A model generated the notes under the pieces. The model saw only the letters and a list, made by a program, of their open reading frames with translations. It searched no databases and was not told the DNA's origin. Of a stretch of DNA of 64,000 nucleotides, positions 11,901-24,771 are shown piece by piece; the stretch's first letter is position 1, and every line of letters starts with the position of its first letter. A program made the position numbers and the translations under genes. The stretch is from contig MU004238.1 of NCBI GenBank assembly GCA_010405405.1, forward strand, positions 1,313,530-1,377,529, read 5' to 3'. This DNA comes from Microthyrium microscopicum. Lineage: Eukaryota.

Positions 11901-14381
11901 TAAAGACCTATAAGTTAATAAGTATAAAGTTATACTTTAAAGAGACTAACGTATACTAGGCTTCTACTCTAAGTATTGCTTCTAAAGCTATATTGCCTTA
12001 TATTATCCTATTATAGTAGATTATAAAAGTTATATTATTATAGACAAGAAAAATAAAGATGCTCTAAATATCTATACTATCTCTTCCTACATATTTATAG
12101 TGCTAATTAGCTATAAGAATAACTACTTCTTAGTACTCTATAAAGAAGACTTTAATATACTTAAAGAAGATAAAGATCTAGATTTTATTCCCTAGCAAAA
12201 TATTACTAAGATTACTATAATATTAATAAAAGATTACGTAAAGTAGCGCAAGAAGCTTAAATAAGACCTACTAATATAAGAAGAATTACTTAGTATAATC
12301 CCTAAGGAATTCTATTAATATGTCTATCTTTTTAACCTTAGTTAAGTTAATAAACTATTACCTTATTGTCCTAGATTTAATTATTTAATCCTAACGAATC
12401 TAAATATAAAGGTACTTATATAAAAGTTATATAGTATGTCTTACTAGTAAGCATAAGTTATTAAAGAATATATTAAAAATATACTTAGTAAAGGCTTTAT
12501 CTATAAAAGCACCTCTTAATATATTACTCTAGTTCTTTGCGTAAGTAAATTAGAAAAAAGTATTTAAGTCTACGTTAATTATTATAGATTAAATAAAATT
12601 ACGCTAAAGAATTAGAACGTACTATTACTACTTATAAAAACTCTTACTAAGATTTATAAAGCTAAGTTCTTCTCTAAATTTAACGTTATTACTATATTTA
12701 ATAATATTCATATCTATGAGGGTAATAAATATAAAACTACTTTTTTAATCTATTATAGTTTATTTAAATCCCTTATTATACTATTTAGGATAATAAGCTT
12801 ACTTAGAATATTCTAGGCCTTTATTAATAGCGCCGTCTATAAGTTCCTTAATAACTTTATTACTATCTATCTTAATAACGTTCTTATCTAGAGCAAAATA
12901 AAAGAAAAGCATATTACTTACGTTTACTTAATCTTTAATAAACTTAAGGCTGTAGGACTCTACTTTAATATTACTAAGTTAGAATTTATAACTAAAAGCG
13001 TTAAATATCTTAGTATTATTATTACCCTAGAGGGTATCTTTATAGATAAAAAGAAAGTAGAAGCTATTCTTAAATAGTAATACTTTTCCTTACTAAAAGA
13101 CGTCTAAATGTTTCTTAGCTTTGCTAATTTCTATCGCTACTTTATTAAAAGCTATTTAAAGATTGTAGCACCTTTAATAGCACTTACTAAAAAAGATATT
13201 CTTTAGTAATATCCTTAGAATATTAATAGTCCTAAAGAGGCTACTTTTAAAGCCTTAAAAAAGGCATTTACGTTAGTAAATATCCTTTACTACTTTAATC
13301 TAGATAGAGAGACTTAGCTTAAGATAGACGCCTCTAACTAGGTTGCTATAGCAATATTATTCTAAAAAGATAATAAGGGAATTCTTTGCTCTATTGCCTT
13401 TCTATCTAAAAAGATAATACTTATAGAATATAATTATAATATTTATAATAAAGAACTCTTAGCTATTATTTACGCTTTTAAGAAATAGGAACTAGAACTA
13501 TTCTCTATTAACGACTTAGTTTAGGTCTTTACTAACTATCTTAACCTACGTACGTTTATATTAACTAAGAAGTTATTTTACTATTAGGCTCGTTAGGCTA
13601 AATTCCTATTATAATTTTAATTTAATATTATATATTATAATAGGCTATTAAACGCTAAAGTAGACGCCTTTATACGCTAGTCTTAAGACCTTCCTAAGTT
13701 TAATAACGATCCTTAAGTTGCTTAGTAAGTCCGCCTAATACTATTCTCCTACTACTTTACTAACCTTATAAGTATACGTTATACTATTAAGGTTACTATA
13801 ATCCTAGTGTAGAAGAAATAACCTTTAATAATTAAGTTAGCTATAATTATTACTAATAAGGTTAATATATTTACTATAGAAGGGGAGTTAACTAGTAATC
13901 TAACTATAGAGAGTCATCTTAAGGATACTCTAATCTTAAAGGAGCTAACTAGTAATCCTAAGATAGATAATATACCTATTAACTTAGAGACCTTATAAAA
14001 GAATATTATAAAAGTAAGTAAAAAGAATAAGCTTATATAAGCTATTTATGACTATAAAGTAGCGTAATACTACTATTTACTATATAGTATACTAAAACGT
14101 AAGTCTATTAAATTAGGAAATTATTACGTCCTTCTTAATAGAACTATTTAATACTACTAATAGCTACTTATTTCTTAAGAAAAACTTTACTACTAAGCTA
14201 TATAATATATATATAATTATAAGATTATAGGCTATAAAGGAATAGCTATAATATATTAGCGTATATTTTAGTATTATTACTAGCTACGCATAGCTAAAGA
14301 CGTTAAGTAATATATAAAGTAGTATAAATACGCCTTCTCTAAGCCTATAACGCAAAAGAAATAAGGCCTACTCTAATCTTT

Positions 14382-14584
14382 TGTTACGGATCCTCTCCGT
14401 TGAGATCTCTTCATAAGATCTCTGGCATCCTCGTTACGTAATGCTAAGGGCTTAGCGCCTAAGGTTTAGCTAGCATAGAGCTTATCTCCTGCTAGCCCTA
14501 ATTCCTTTTCTAGATTCTCTATCTTAGTTTTCTTAAATTATATCTATATCTAGATTATACCCTTGCATTTATAGCTTCCTAATA
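14382..14584 (+). repeat. 5' LTR of element C
   Basis: TGTTACGG...CTAATA; near-identical to the B LTRs. Confidence 0.95.
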
Positions 14585-17500
14585 TAAAACTAAGACTACT
14601 CTAATATTTAAAAACCTATTTTTAAAATACGCCTACTAATATTATAAGATTTAATAGTTTATATATCTAAATTTTATTATTCTATACAAAAATAGATCTC
14701 TAGACCTATAAGAATAATAACTCTACTAGCGTAGAGATTTACGTATAAGGACTAAATAGCTTTATAAGTATAGACTAATTAGTAATTAAGGGGAAGATCT
14801 TAGCATCTTCTACCCTATATCTACTAGACCTATAGCAATAGCTTTATCCTATACCTATATCTTCTTCTATATACCTAAATTAATAGTAATAAACCTAAAC
14901 TAAGAATTACTTTTAATTAAAGCGCCTAAACCTTATCCTAAACTAGCTATTCTAATAAAGTAAATTATTTAGAAGGCATTAGCCTATCCTTACGTACTAG
15001 CGCTACCTACTTAATACTATTTAATATTACTTCTTTAGACTATGTTTAGCAAACTTCCTACTAGTTACTAATTAGAGATATGTATATAATCTAAGATTTA
15101 ATAACTCTAAGAGACTACTTAGTCTATAATGTAACAGTTAACCCTAAAAATTTTTAATAGTAATAATAATATAGCTAAACTACCTTATAGCTATAGCTAG
15201 CGTTATTCTTCTATCTACTTTTGCTATTTTTCTCTAGCCTAAGCCCTAATCCTATTAAATATTATTAAATAATCTAAAGGTAGTACTTAAAACCTATTTA
15301 AGAAGGATAAAGGTAAGAAAGCAATACGTTATGACGTATAGCTATATTTACTAGACTAAGATTAGATTAATTAGATTACCCTTAAAGGCTAATACCTATA
15401 GTATTTCGTAATATACGTTAGCATTACTCTAAAAGATTAAACTTGTATTATTTCTACGTACCTTATATAAGATTAAGTAGTATTCTAAATATAAGAGTCT
15501 CTAAACCTAGATAGAAAGATTAGACTTATATTTATTAATTCTATTATACTCTACTATATTTAAGGTGAAGTAGAACTAGAGGTTATTAAAAATAGAATAG
15601 GCTTTACTTATAGCGTTAGCTTCTACGCTAATATCTAGTTTAAGTAACTTTATAACTATATTAAATCTACCTAAGTAGTAAGCATTGCTTTTAAAGCTAT
15701 ACGTATTAACTTAGTAAACTTATTAAAAGAATACTAGTATAATAAGGATAATATATTAAACCTCTCTACTATATATAATAACGCTATAGTATAAAATTCT
15801 TTTCTATAATAACGTATTTATATCCTAGAAAGTAAAGCTACCTAAGCTATAAGCAAAGCTTATTAGTTAATTAAGTAATAGCTTTACCTTAAGGAATAGG
15901 ATATAATTTATTACTATAAAGTAATTAGAGCTATAGATACTATTAAGCATTTATATAACTCTTATACTAAAAAGCGTAACTAAATTATACTCTTAGAAAG
16001 AAAAGTCTAAGACCTTAAAGATTAACTAAGTAATTTAGCCTATAAGACTAAAGAACTAGCGTACTAGATAGACTTTAATAAGGAAGTAGACGCAATGCTA
16101 CCCTTTTAGAGCTACCTACGCCTAAATCTTCGTCTTAATACTAAGAGTATTATACCTACCTTAAAAGTATTAGTAAGCTCTAAAACTAACTCTATATAAG
16201 AATAGTAAGATTCTAATACTTATAATAGTAAGAAATAAGACTTATATCCTTAATAGAAGCTTAAAGTAAAAAACTATCTCTATTATAAAGTACGTACCTT
16301 TCCTAATAAGCTATCTTAAGCTATCTAGGTTCGTAGCAAATATAAAGACCTTACTCTTAGCTTTATTATTAATTATGCTTAATATAACGTACCTAACTTA
16401 TATACTTTTATAGTAGAGTTCTAGGATAATTTTAACTACTATTTTAAAAGTACTAATAAGCATAAAGCTACCCTTCTTTAGCTATAAAATTTATTTAATA
16501 AGATAAAGAAGACTAATAACTTAAGCTCTTACCTAGTTAAGTTTACTAGTAAAACTAATAGAGCCTACTTATCTAATACTAATAAACTAACTTATATACG
16601 TAATATAATTACTAAAGAGCTAATAAGCTATCTCTATACTAGTAAAGTAACTATAAGCGCTAAGTTTATAACAGAACTATAATAAGTTAATTACTTCTTA
16701 GACTATAAGAAGTCTAATAATAAAGATAAGAATAAGGATAAGAATAAGGATAAGAATACCTAGAAGATAATTCTACGTTATAGCAATATCCTATTTTTAT
16801 ACCTTAAGAAAGAAGAATACTACCTATAATATAGTAATAAAGGCTATAATCTATAATCTAAAATTGTACCCTACTAAAATAAAGATACTATATCTAATAA
16901 TAATATCTAAACTAAATTAGCTTTAATCTATACTTCTTAGTTATACTATACTCTAAGCATAGAAGATAATAAAGACGTATTCCTAACTTATAGCTAACGC
17001 TAAGGAAACACGTAGCTTCTTTATACTAACGTACGAATAAGCTAAACTCTAATAAGGCGCAAAATAAATAAAAGAAACATTAGATAGAAGCTATCTAAGC
17101 TTACTTAAGTAAATCTAAATCTAAGGAAGAACCTTATTATAATATAGTAGTAGTCTATATATTTACTACTTATCTACTAATTAATTAATTACTAGAAACT
17201 AATACTATTCTAAAAGTAGGATAATAGTAGAGTACTATAGAGAGTATCTTTCTCTTAGATAGCTCTTATACTAAAGTAAAAATTCTTATTAATATAAGTA
17301 ATAGCATATTTAGTATTATTAATCCTTATTACCTTTAACTTTATAGCCTTAAATCTATTAAAATATTAAGACTTTATTAAGCTAAGATAGCTAATAGTTA
17401 TGCCATCGCTACTATAACTTATATAATATTTATTACTTTATATATTAGTATTTATCTTAAATAAGCTTTATGCTTCATTATAGAAATTACTAACTATAAT

Positions 17501-20500
17501 ATTATCCTTAGAGACCCTTAAGTTAATAAGTATAAAGTTATACTTTAAGGAAGCTAATAAATATTAGGCTTCTACTCTAAGCACTATCTCTAAAGCTATA
17601 TAGCTTTATACTATCCTATTATAGTTAATTATAGAGGCTAAGTAGTTATAGAAAAGAAGAATAAGAATATTCCTAATATTTACGTTATTTCTTCTTATAT
17701 ATTTATAACTTTAATATAGTAAGAGAAAAACTAATTCTCTATATTATATAAAGAAGATTTTAACGCATTAGAAAAAGAAGAAGATCTAGATTCTATTCCT
17801 TAGCGCAATATTATTAGTATTATAGTAATCTTAATAAAAGACTATACTAAATAGTAAGAGAAGCTTAAATAAGATCTACTAATATAAAAAGAATTACTTA
17901 GTCTAATCTCTAAAGAATTTTACTAATATATTTACCTCTTTAACCTAGTATAAGTTAATAAATTACTACTCTATTGCCCTAGATTTAACTACTTTATCCT
18001 AATAGATTTATAAGCTAAAGTACCTATATAGAAGTTCTATAGGATATTGCGCTAATAAGCTTAAGTTATTAAAGAGTATATTAAAAATATGCTTAGAAAA
18101 GGCTTTATCTATAAAAGTACTTCTTAATATGCCTTACTAGTTCTTTACGTTAGTAAACTAGGTAGAGGTATCTAGGTCTACGTAGATTACTATAGATTAA
18201 ACGAAATTACCTTAAAGAATTAGAACATTTTATTACTTTTTACTAAAACCTTTATAAAGATCTACAAAGCTAGATTTTTCTCTAAATTTAATATTATTAC
18301 TACCTTTAATAATATTTATATCTATAAAGGCAATAAGTATAAAACTACCTTTCTTACCTACTATAGCCTATTTAAGTCTCTTATTATGCTATTTAGTATA
18401 ACTAGCTCCCTTAGAATATTCTAAGCTTTTATTAATAGCGCCGTTTAAGAATACCTAGATAATTTTGTTACTATATACCTAAATAACGTCTTTATTTAGA
18501 GCAAAACTAAAGAAGAGTATATTGCTTACGTCTATCTAATCCTTAATAAGCTTAAGAAGGCTAGCCTTTACCTTAATATTACTAAGTTAGAATTTATAAC
18601 TAAGAGCGTTAAATACCTTAGTATTATTATTATACCTAATAAAATCCTTATAGACGAAAAGAAAGTAGAAGCAATACTAAAATAGTAATGCTTCTTATTA
18701 CTTAAAGACGTCTAGATATTCTTAAGCTTTATAAACTTCTATTGCTAATTTATTAAAGGATACTTAAAAATCATAGTACTAATAATAGTACTTACTAAAA
18801 AGAACGTCTCTTAATAATATCCCTAGAACCTAGACAGCCCTAAAGAGGCTACTTTTAAAGCCTTAAAGAAAGTTTTTACTATAGTACTAATCTTATAATA
18901 TTTTAATCTTAATAAAGAGACCTAGCTTAAAACTAATGCCTTTAACTAAGTTGCTATAGTAGTCCTCTTATAGAAGAATAACGATAAAGAACTTTACCTA
19001 GTTACCTTTCTATCTAAAAAGATAATACTAGTAGAGTATAACTATAATATTTATAATAAAGAACTACTTATAATTATCTACGTATTTAAAGAATAGGAAC
19101 TAGAGCTATTCTTTACTAATAATTCTATTAAAGTCTATATAGACTATCTTAACTTAAAGTTATTTATATCTATAAAAAAGCTCTCTTACTATTAAGCGCG
19201 CTAAGTAGAGTTCCTATTATAATTCTAATTTAAAATTAAATACTATAATAGACTATTAAATACTAAAGCTAATATCCTTACTTAACGATCTTAGGACCTA
19301 CTATAATTTAATAATAACCTATAAGTTATATAATAAGTACGTTCTATACTATTTCCCTACTATTTTACTAATACTTATAGTACGTACTATATATTTAATA
19401 TAATTACTTATAATACGTACTAAGCTATTAAGGTAGTAACTATACTAGTTTAGGGTAAATACCCTTTAATAATTAAGTTAGCTATAATTATTACTAATAA
19501 AGTTAATATATTTACTATAGAAAGGGAGTTAACTAGTAATCTAACTATAAGGAGTTATTCTAAGGATACTCTAACCTTAGAGGAATTAATTAGTTATTCT
19601 AAGGTAGAGAATATACTTGCTAACCTAGAAACATTATAGAAGGATATTATTAAAGTAAGTAAAAAGGATAAGCTTATTTAAGCTATCTATGACTATAAAG
19701 TAGTATAGTATTACTACTTGCCTTATAGTATATTAGAACGCGAATCTATTAAGCTTAGAGACTATTAAGTCCTTATAGATAGAACTATTTAATATTACTA
19801 GCGCCTACTAGTCTCTTATAGAAAACTTTACTATTATATAATATAATACGTATATAATTATAAGATTATAGGATATAGAGATACTACTACAACTTATTAA
19901 CGTCTATTCTAATTCTACTACTAGCCTTATATAGTAGAAGACGTTAAGTAATATATAAAATAATGCTACTACGCTTTCTCTAAGCTAGTAATATAAAAGA
20001 AATAAGGCCTATTATAATTATTCTTTCTACTAAACTATATATAGGCTAATATCTTAATTAACTTTATTATTGCGTTACTACTATACGTCTACTTAGAAGT
20101 TATTTATTACTACGCTATAATAGTAGTTAATAGACTTACTTGTATCTACTACTTTATATCCTTAGCTAACCTTAACGTCTAGATAATAGTATTAGTATTC
20201 CTTAACTAGATATAGAAGTATACTAGCTAGCTAGACTCTATCTTATCTAATTATAGATCTTAATTTACTTTAGCCTTTTAGCGCTACTTATATAAGTAAG
20301 TAGAAGTAATAATCTATCTTACTACTACTTAGTACCTATAATCTAATAGTATTACTAAGATTATAGTATAAGCCCTAAAGGCTTACTTATAATGCTTCGT
20401 TAATTACTAATAGAATAATTAGGTAAGACTCTTACTATTTACTAAGTTTAAGGCTAACTACGCTATCTACGCTATAACTAAAATAAGCCTATTTAAAGCG

Positions 20501-21523
20501 CTTAATAGCTTATTACTATACTCTAGCTTAGAACTAGGTATACTAGGTAAAGTATTTATAGGCTCTAAGCTAGTATAAAGTAAATAACGCTCTATAGATA
20601 TATTCCTTAAAGATAGATAAGATTTACGCAATTATCTCTATAAGTAAATTTTATAGTCTTAGGTACTAATAAACAAGTAAGTTAACTAATACTACTATCT
20701 AATACCTAACCTTAAACTAGGCAACTAAGTACGTCTAGACATACGTTACTATAAAACTCTTTACCCCTCTAAATTACTTAATAATAAATCTACTAGTCTA
20801 TTTAAGATCTTAAAGAAGATTAATATACTTACTTATAAGCTTAATCTCTTTAAGAAGATAAAAATATACCCTATCTTCTATGCCTAGCTTTTATACCTTA
20901 TCCTTAAAGGTGCTACTATACTATAAGAACCTAATAATCCTCTAGCTATTACTAATCTAGAAGGAAACGACGATAAGTAGGAATAGTTAGTTAATTACGT
21001 TATTAATAGCCATTAACATAACTAGTAAGAAAAAGGTAAAAAGAAGATACTTTAATACAAAGTTAAATTTACTAGATAGGATAATTAGAATTACGACCTA
21101 GATTAGTAACTATAAATAAATCTTAAATTATGCCCTAAGCTCGTTATAGAGTTTTATAACTATAATCCTATAAAACTAGGCCCTTACAAGTTATTTATTA
21201 ACCCTTAGAAGAAGAAGGATAAAGAATATAACTCTAATAGCATTCTCCCTAATTAGTAAGGTTATTATTATTACTATAGTAGTATCCTAATACTTCTACG
21301 AACTAGAGTATTTTAAGGATATCTTATAGTTTATTAATGCTACTTAATAGTTACCTTAGTAGGCTAGAGGGTAGTAAAGAATAGATACTTATAGTATTAT
21401 ACATAGAAGGATATTAAACTCTTTGCTTTTATTATTATAGTTATAATACGTTTTATACCTATTATAGCGTTATCCTATATAGTTAGATTAGCTTAAGAGC
21501 ACTAATATTAGAGAGGGGAGTAT

Positions 21524-21726
21524 TATTATAGATCTTCTCTATTAAGATCTCTTTATAAGATCTTTAGTATCCTTATTATGTAATACTAAGGGCTTAGTGC
21601 CTAAGGTTTAGCTAGCATAGAGCTTATCTCCTACTAGCCCTAATCCCTCTTCTAGATTCTCTATCTTAGTTTTCTTAAATTATATCTACATCTAGATTAC
21701 ATCCTTACATCTATAGCTCCCTAATA
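21524..21726 (+). repeat. 3' LTR of element C
   Basis: Follows the PPT, matches 14382-14584 and is followed by TSD TCTTT. Confidence 0.95.
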
Positions 21727-23244
21727 TCTTTCTCCCTACTAAACTATGCGTAGGTAGATATTTTAATTAACTTTACTATTACCCTACTACTATATATCTA
21801 TATAGGCATTATCTACTAATACGCTATAATCGTAGTTAATAGACTTACCTATACACGCTAGTTCGTCTCCTTACCTAATCTTAGCGTCTAGATAATAGTT
21901 CTAGTATTCCTTAACTAGATCTAGAAATACATTAGCTAGCTAGACTTAATCTTATTTAATTATAAATCTTAATTCACCTTAGCCTTTTAGCGCTATCTCT
22001 ATAAACGAGTAGGCGTTATTATTTATCTTACTACTACTTAGTACTTATAGTTTAATAGAATAACTAAGATTGTAGTATAAGTATTAAAAGCCTACCTACG
22101 CTGCTTTATTAATTATTAATAGAACGATTAAGTAGAACTCCTGCCTTTTGCTAAATTTGAAGCTAATTACGCTATTTACGCTACTACTAAGATAAGCCTA
22201 TTTAAAGCGCTTAATAGCTTACTACTACGCTCTAATCTAGAACTATTAGCTCTTAGTAAAACTTTCTCTAGAACTAAGTCATTCTAAGATAACTAACGCC
22301 TTACTAATATATTCTAAAAAAGTAAATAAGACTTGCGCAACTATCTTTATAAGTAGATTACTTAGTTATAAGTATTAATAGATAAATAGGTCAACTATTA
22401 TCGTTACCCCGCTCTAAACCTTAAACTTAGTAATTAGGTCCGCCTTAATATATATTACTATAAGACTCTTTACCTATTAAAGTTACTTAATAATAAGTCT
22501 ACTAGATTATTTAAGATCTTAAAGAAGATTAATACGCTTACCTATAAGCTTAATCTACCTAATAAAATAAAAATATACCCTATATTCTACGCTTAGCTAT
22601 TATACCCTATACCTAAAGGCGCTACTATCCTCTAAGAACCTAATAACCCTCTTGCCATTATTAATCCTAAAAGAAACAACAATAAGTAAGAATGAACTAT
22701 TAACTACGTTATTAATAGCTAATAGTATAACTAGCATAGCAAAGGTACTAAAAAGATACTATAATATAAAGTTAAATTTACTAGATAGAACGACTAGAAT
22801 TATAATCTAGATTAGTAACTATAGATAGACCTAGAGTCATGTCTAGAGCTTGTTACTAAATATTACGACTAGAACCCCTTAAAACTAGGCCCTTATAAGT
22901 TATTTATTAACCTATAGAAGAAGAATAATAATAACTACGACTCTAATAGTATTCTCTCTAATTAGTAAGGATATATTTTCATTACTATAGCAGTATCCTA
23001 GTACTTCTACGAACTAAAGTATTCTAAGGACATCTTATAGTTCATTAATGCTACTTAATAGTTACTTTAGTAAGCTAGAGGATAGTAAAAGAATAGATAC
23101 TTGTAGTGCTATATACTAAAGGATGTTAAACTCTTTGCTTTTACTTTGTTATCGTTTATAATACATTTTATACCTATTTGCTTTAGTAGCATTATTCTGC
23201 ATATAGGATTAGCTTAGGAGCGCTAATTTTAGAAGGGAGAGTAT

Positions 23245-23446
23245 TATTATAGATCCTTTCCGTTAAGATCTCCTTTAGAGATCTTTGGCATCTTATTACG
23301 TAATGCTAAGGGCTTAGCGCCTAAGGTTTAGCTAGCATAGAGCTTATCTCCTACTAGCCCTAATCCCTCTTCTAGATCCTTTGTCTTAGTTTTCTTAAAT
23401 TATATCTATATCTAGATCGCACCCTTATATCCGTAGCTCCCTAACA
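23245..23446 (+). repeat. 3' LTR of element B
   Basis: Follows the PPT, ends CTAACA and is followed by TSD CTTAT. Confidence 0.95.
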
Positions 23447-24601
23447 CTTATAAGGCTAAAATACTAAGACGTCTAAAAGTTATAGAATCTATAAAGTATA
23501 AAGTAATAAGAAGAAGGGAATTATCTTATTATTAAGGTAAAAAAAGAGGAAATTCTTTATAGTTTAACTCTTATAGCTATTAAGAATTAAGAGCCTAAAT
23601 TCACCCTTTTAAAACGTCTTTATAGCTTCGTTAAAGTGCTTTATCTAACTAAGAAGGATCTCGTTATTTATATAAGCTAATTCTAAAGTATTAAAATACT
23701 AATTATTAAATAGGGATATTAAACAAACCTAATCTTCTTATGCTTTACTAGATTTTAATTATAGAATAACCTATAGAGGAATATAATTACTAGTAGTATT
23801 TATATACTCTACTATAGTAACAAGTTCCTAATTTAATTCCTTTAGAGCTATAATCTATTACCTCTTTTTACCTAAAGTTATAAGAATAATAATATTCTCT
23901 TTATTACTAATTCTAATACGAAATCCTTCTTTATTAATATTCTAAAGATCTTTAGCCTAAATTCTAAGTCTCTAAAGCTTTCCTTCTAATTTATTATACT
24001 AATCTTTTATATCTTTTAGGTCTTTAGCTACTGCTCGTTTAAGATCCTTTAAATTATTAATTTAGAGGAATAATTTAACGTAGAATTACTTTATAAAGTA
24101 GCGTGACTAGTAATCTCTAAGTAATAAGGGTTCAAAATCTAGCAGATTATTTAGATAGTCTTTAAGTAACTTATAAGCGGCTATTTTAATCATAAGAATA
24201 TTCCTATTAATACCTAGCTTATAGAGATCCTTTATAAATAAAATAATTACTTATTCTTTATATTATTAAAGATGTATGTTAGCTCTACGTTATTTACTTC
24301 TTATTTTTATTCCTTAAAGGTAATCGTTAAAGGTCTATAGATTTATACTATATATGTATATATATTCTAATTTAGACTTCTAACTACTACGTTTCTACGT
24401 AGATAAGGCTTTAAGCATAATAATAAGACGCAAATTAAAATAATAATATAATAGGGAATACGTAGGGGGATAGGATTAAGAAGATGTATTTATTTTAGGC
24501 TAATTCTTAGCATTCTGGCGGGTGAACTAGCTGGCGGGTGAGCTGGCGGGCATCCCCTAGCGGGGATGTCTAGTCTTAGGGATGGGTATGCATTAACACA
24601 C
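23447..24601 (-). mobile_element. pogo/Fot1-like (Tc1/mariner superfamily) DNA transposon, 5' part, RIPed
   Basis: De-RIPed minus translation gives LGDHWSR.F (HTH), WNIDEEGFRIG, NRELVTIVECINAAG..IPPWVI, FRLLILDGHES and PHTSQILQPLDVSVFQPYK, typical of DDE_1 transposases. GC-rich terminus with CTGGCGGG repeats at 24514-24550, followed by TA at 24602-24603; exact terminus uncertain. Confidence 0.85.
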
Positions 24602-24771
24602 TATTTCGAAATTTGAGCGAGTGAAAGGATTTCTTTAGTACCAATTGAATACAATGAGCAGGTAACATTTGTCACTTCACAGTTCACTTCTATCAGACTT
24701 GTGCCTGTGGCAGCCGCTAACGGCGGTCAAGAATTAAGAGCTAGGGGTACTTGGTAGAGTACGCGATAGAT

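Larger units (their letters stand above)
14382..21726 (+). mobile_element. Ty3/Gypsy chromovirus C nested in the integrase of B (7.35 kb, RIPed)
   Basis: LTRs 14382-14584 and 21524-21726 (203 bp each); perfect TSD TCTTT at 14377-14381 and 21727-21731. RT YLNNV ~18476, chromodomain ~20980-21160, PPT GAGAGGGGAG 21511-21520. Confidence 0.95.
8738..23446 (+). mobile_element. Ty3/Gypsy chromovirus B (RIPed, ~7.36 kb without the nested element C)
   Basis: LTRs 8738-8939 and 23245-23446 (202 bp each); TSD CTTAT at 8733-8737 and 23447-23451. RT YLNN(=YLDD)VLI ~12870, RNaseH DAS ~13327, integrase split at 14381/21732, chromodomain ~22690-22860, PPT AGAAGGGAGAG ~23231-23241. Confidence 0.95.
1..24601. 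repeat. AT-rich block of RIP-degenerated nested transposons
   Basis: Very low GC, strong TpA excess and CpA/TpG depletion, no ORF in the supplied track. LTR copies differ almost only by C>T/G>A transitions (e.g. TGTTACGG vs TATTATAG). Confidence 0.95.

Noticed and set aside
16722..16757. 12-bp tandem repeat (AAGAATAAGGAT x3)
   Set aside because: Low-complexity codon repeat within gag of element C; not an independent feature.
8738..23446. Four ~200-bp repeats as a possible CRISPR-like or tandem array
   Set aside because: They are paired LTRs with TSDs, PPTs and gag-pol between them.
24540..24603. hAT-like terminus (TAGTGTGTTAAT on the minus strand)
   Set aside because: The adjoining ORF relic is a pogo/Fot1-type DDE transposase, so the terminal TA is better read as its target site.
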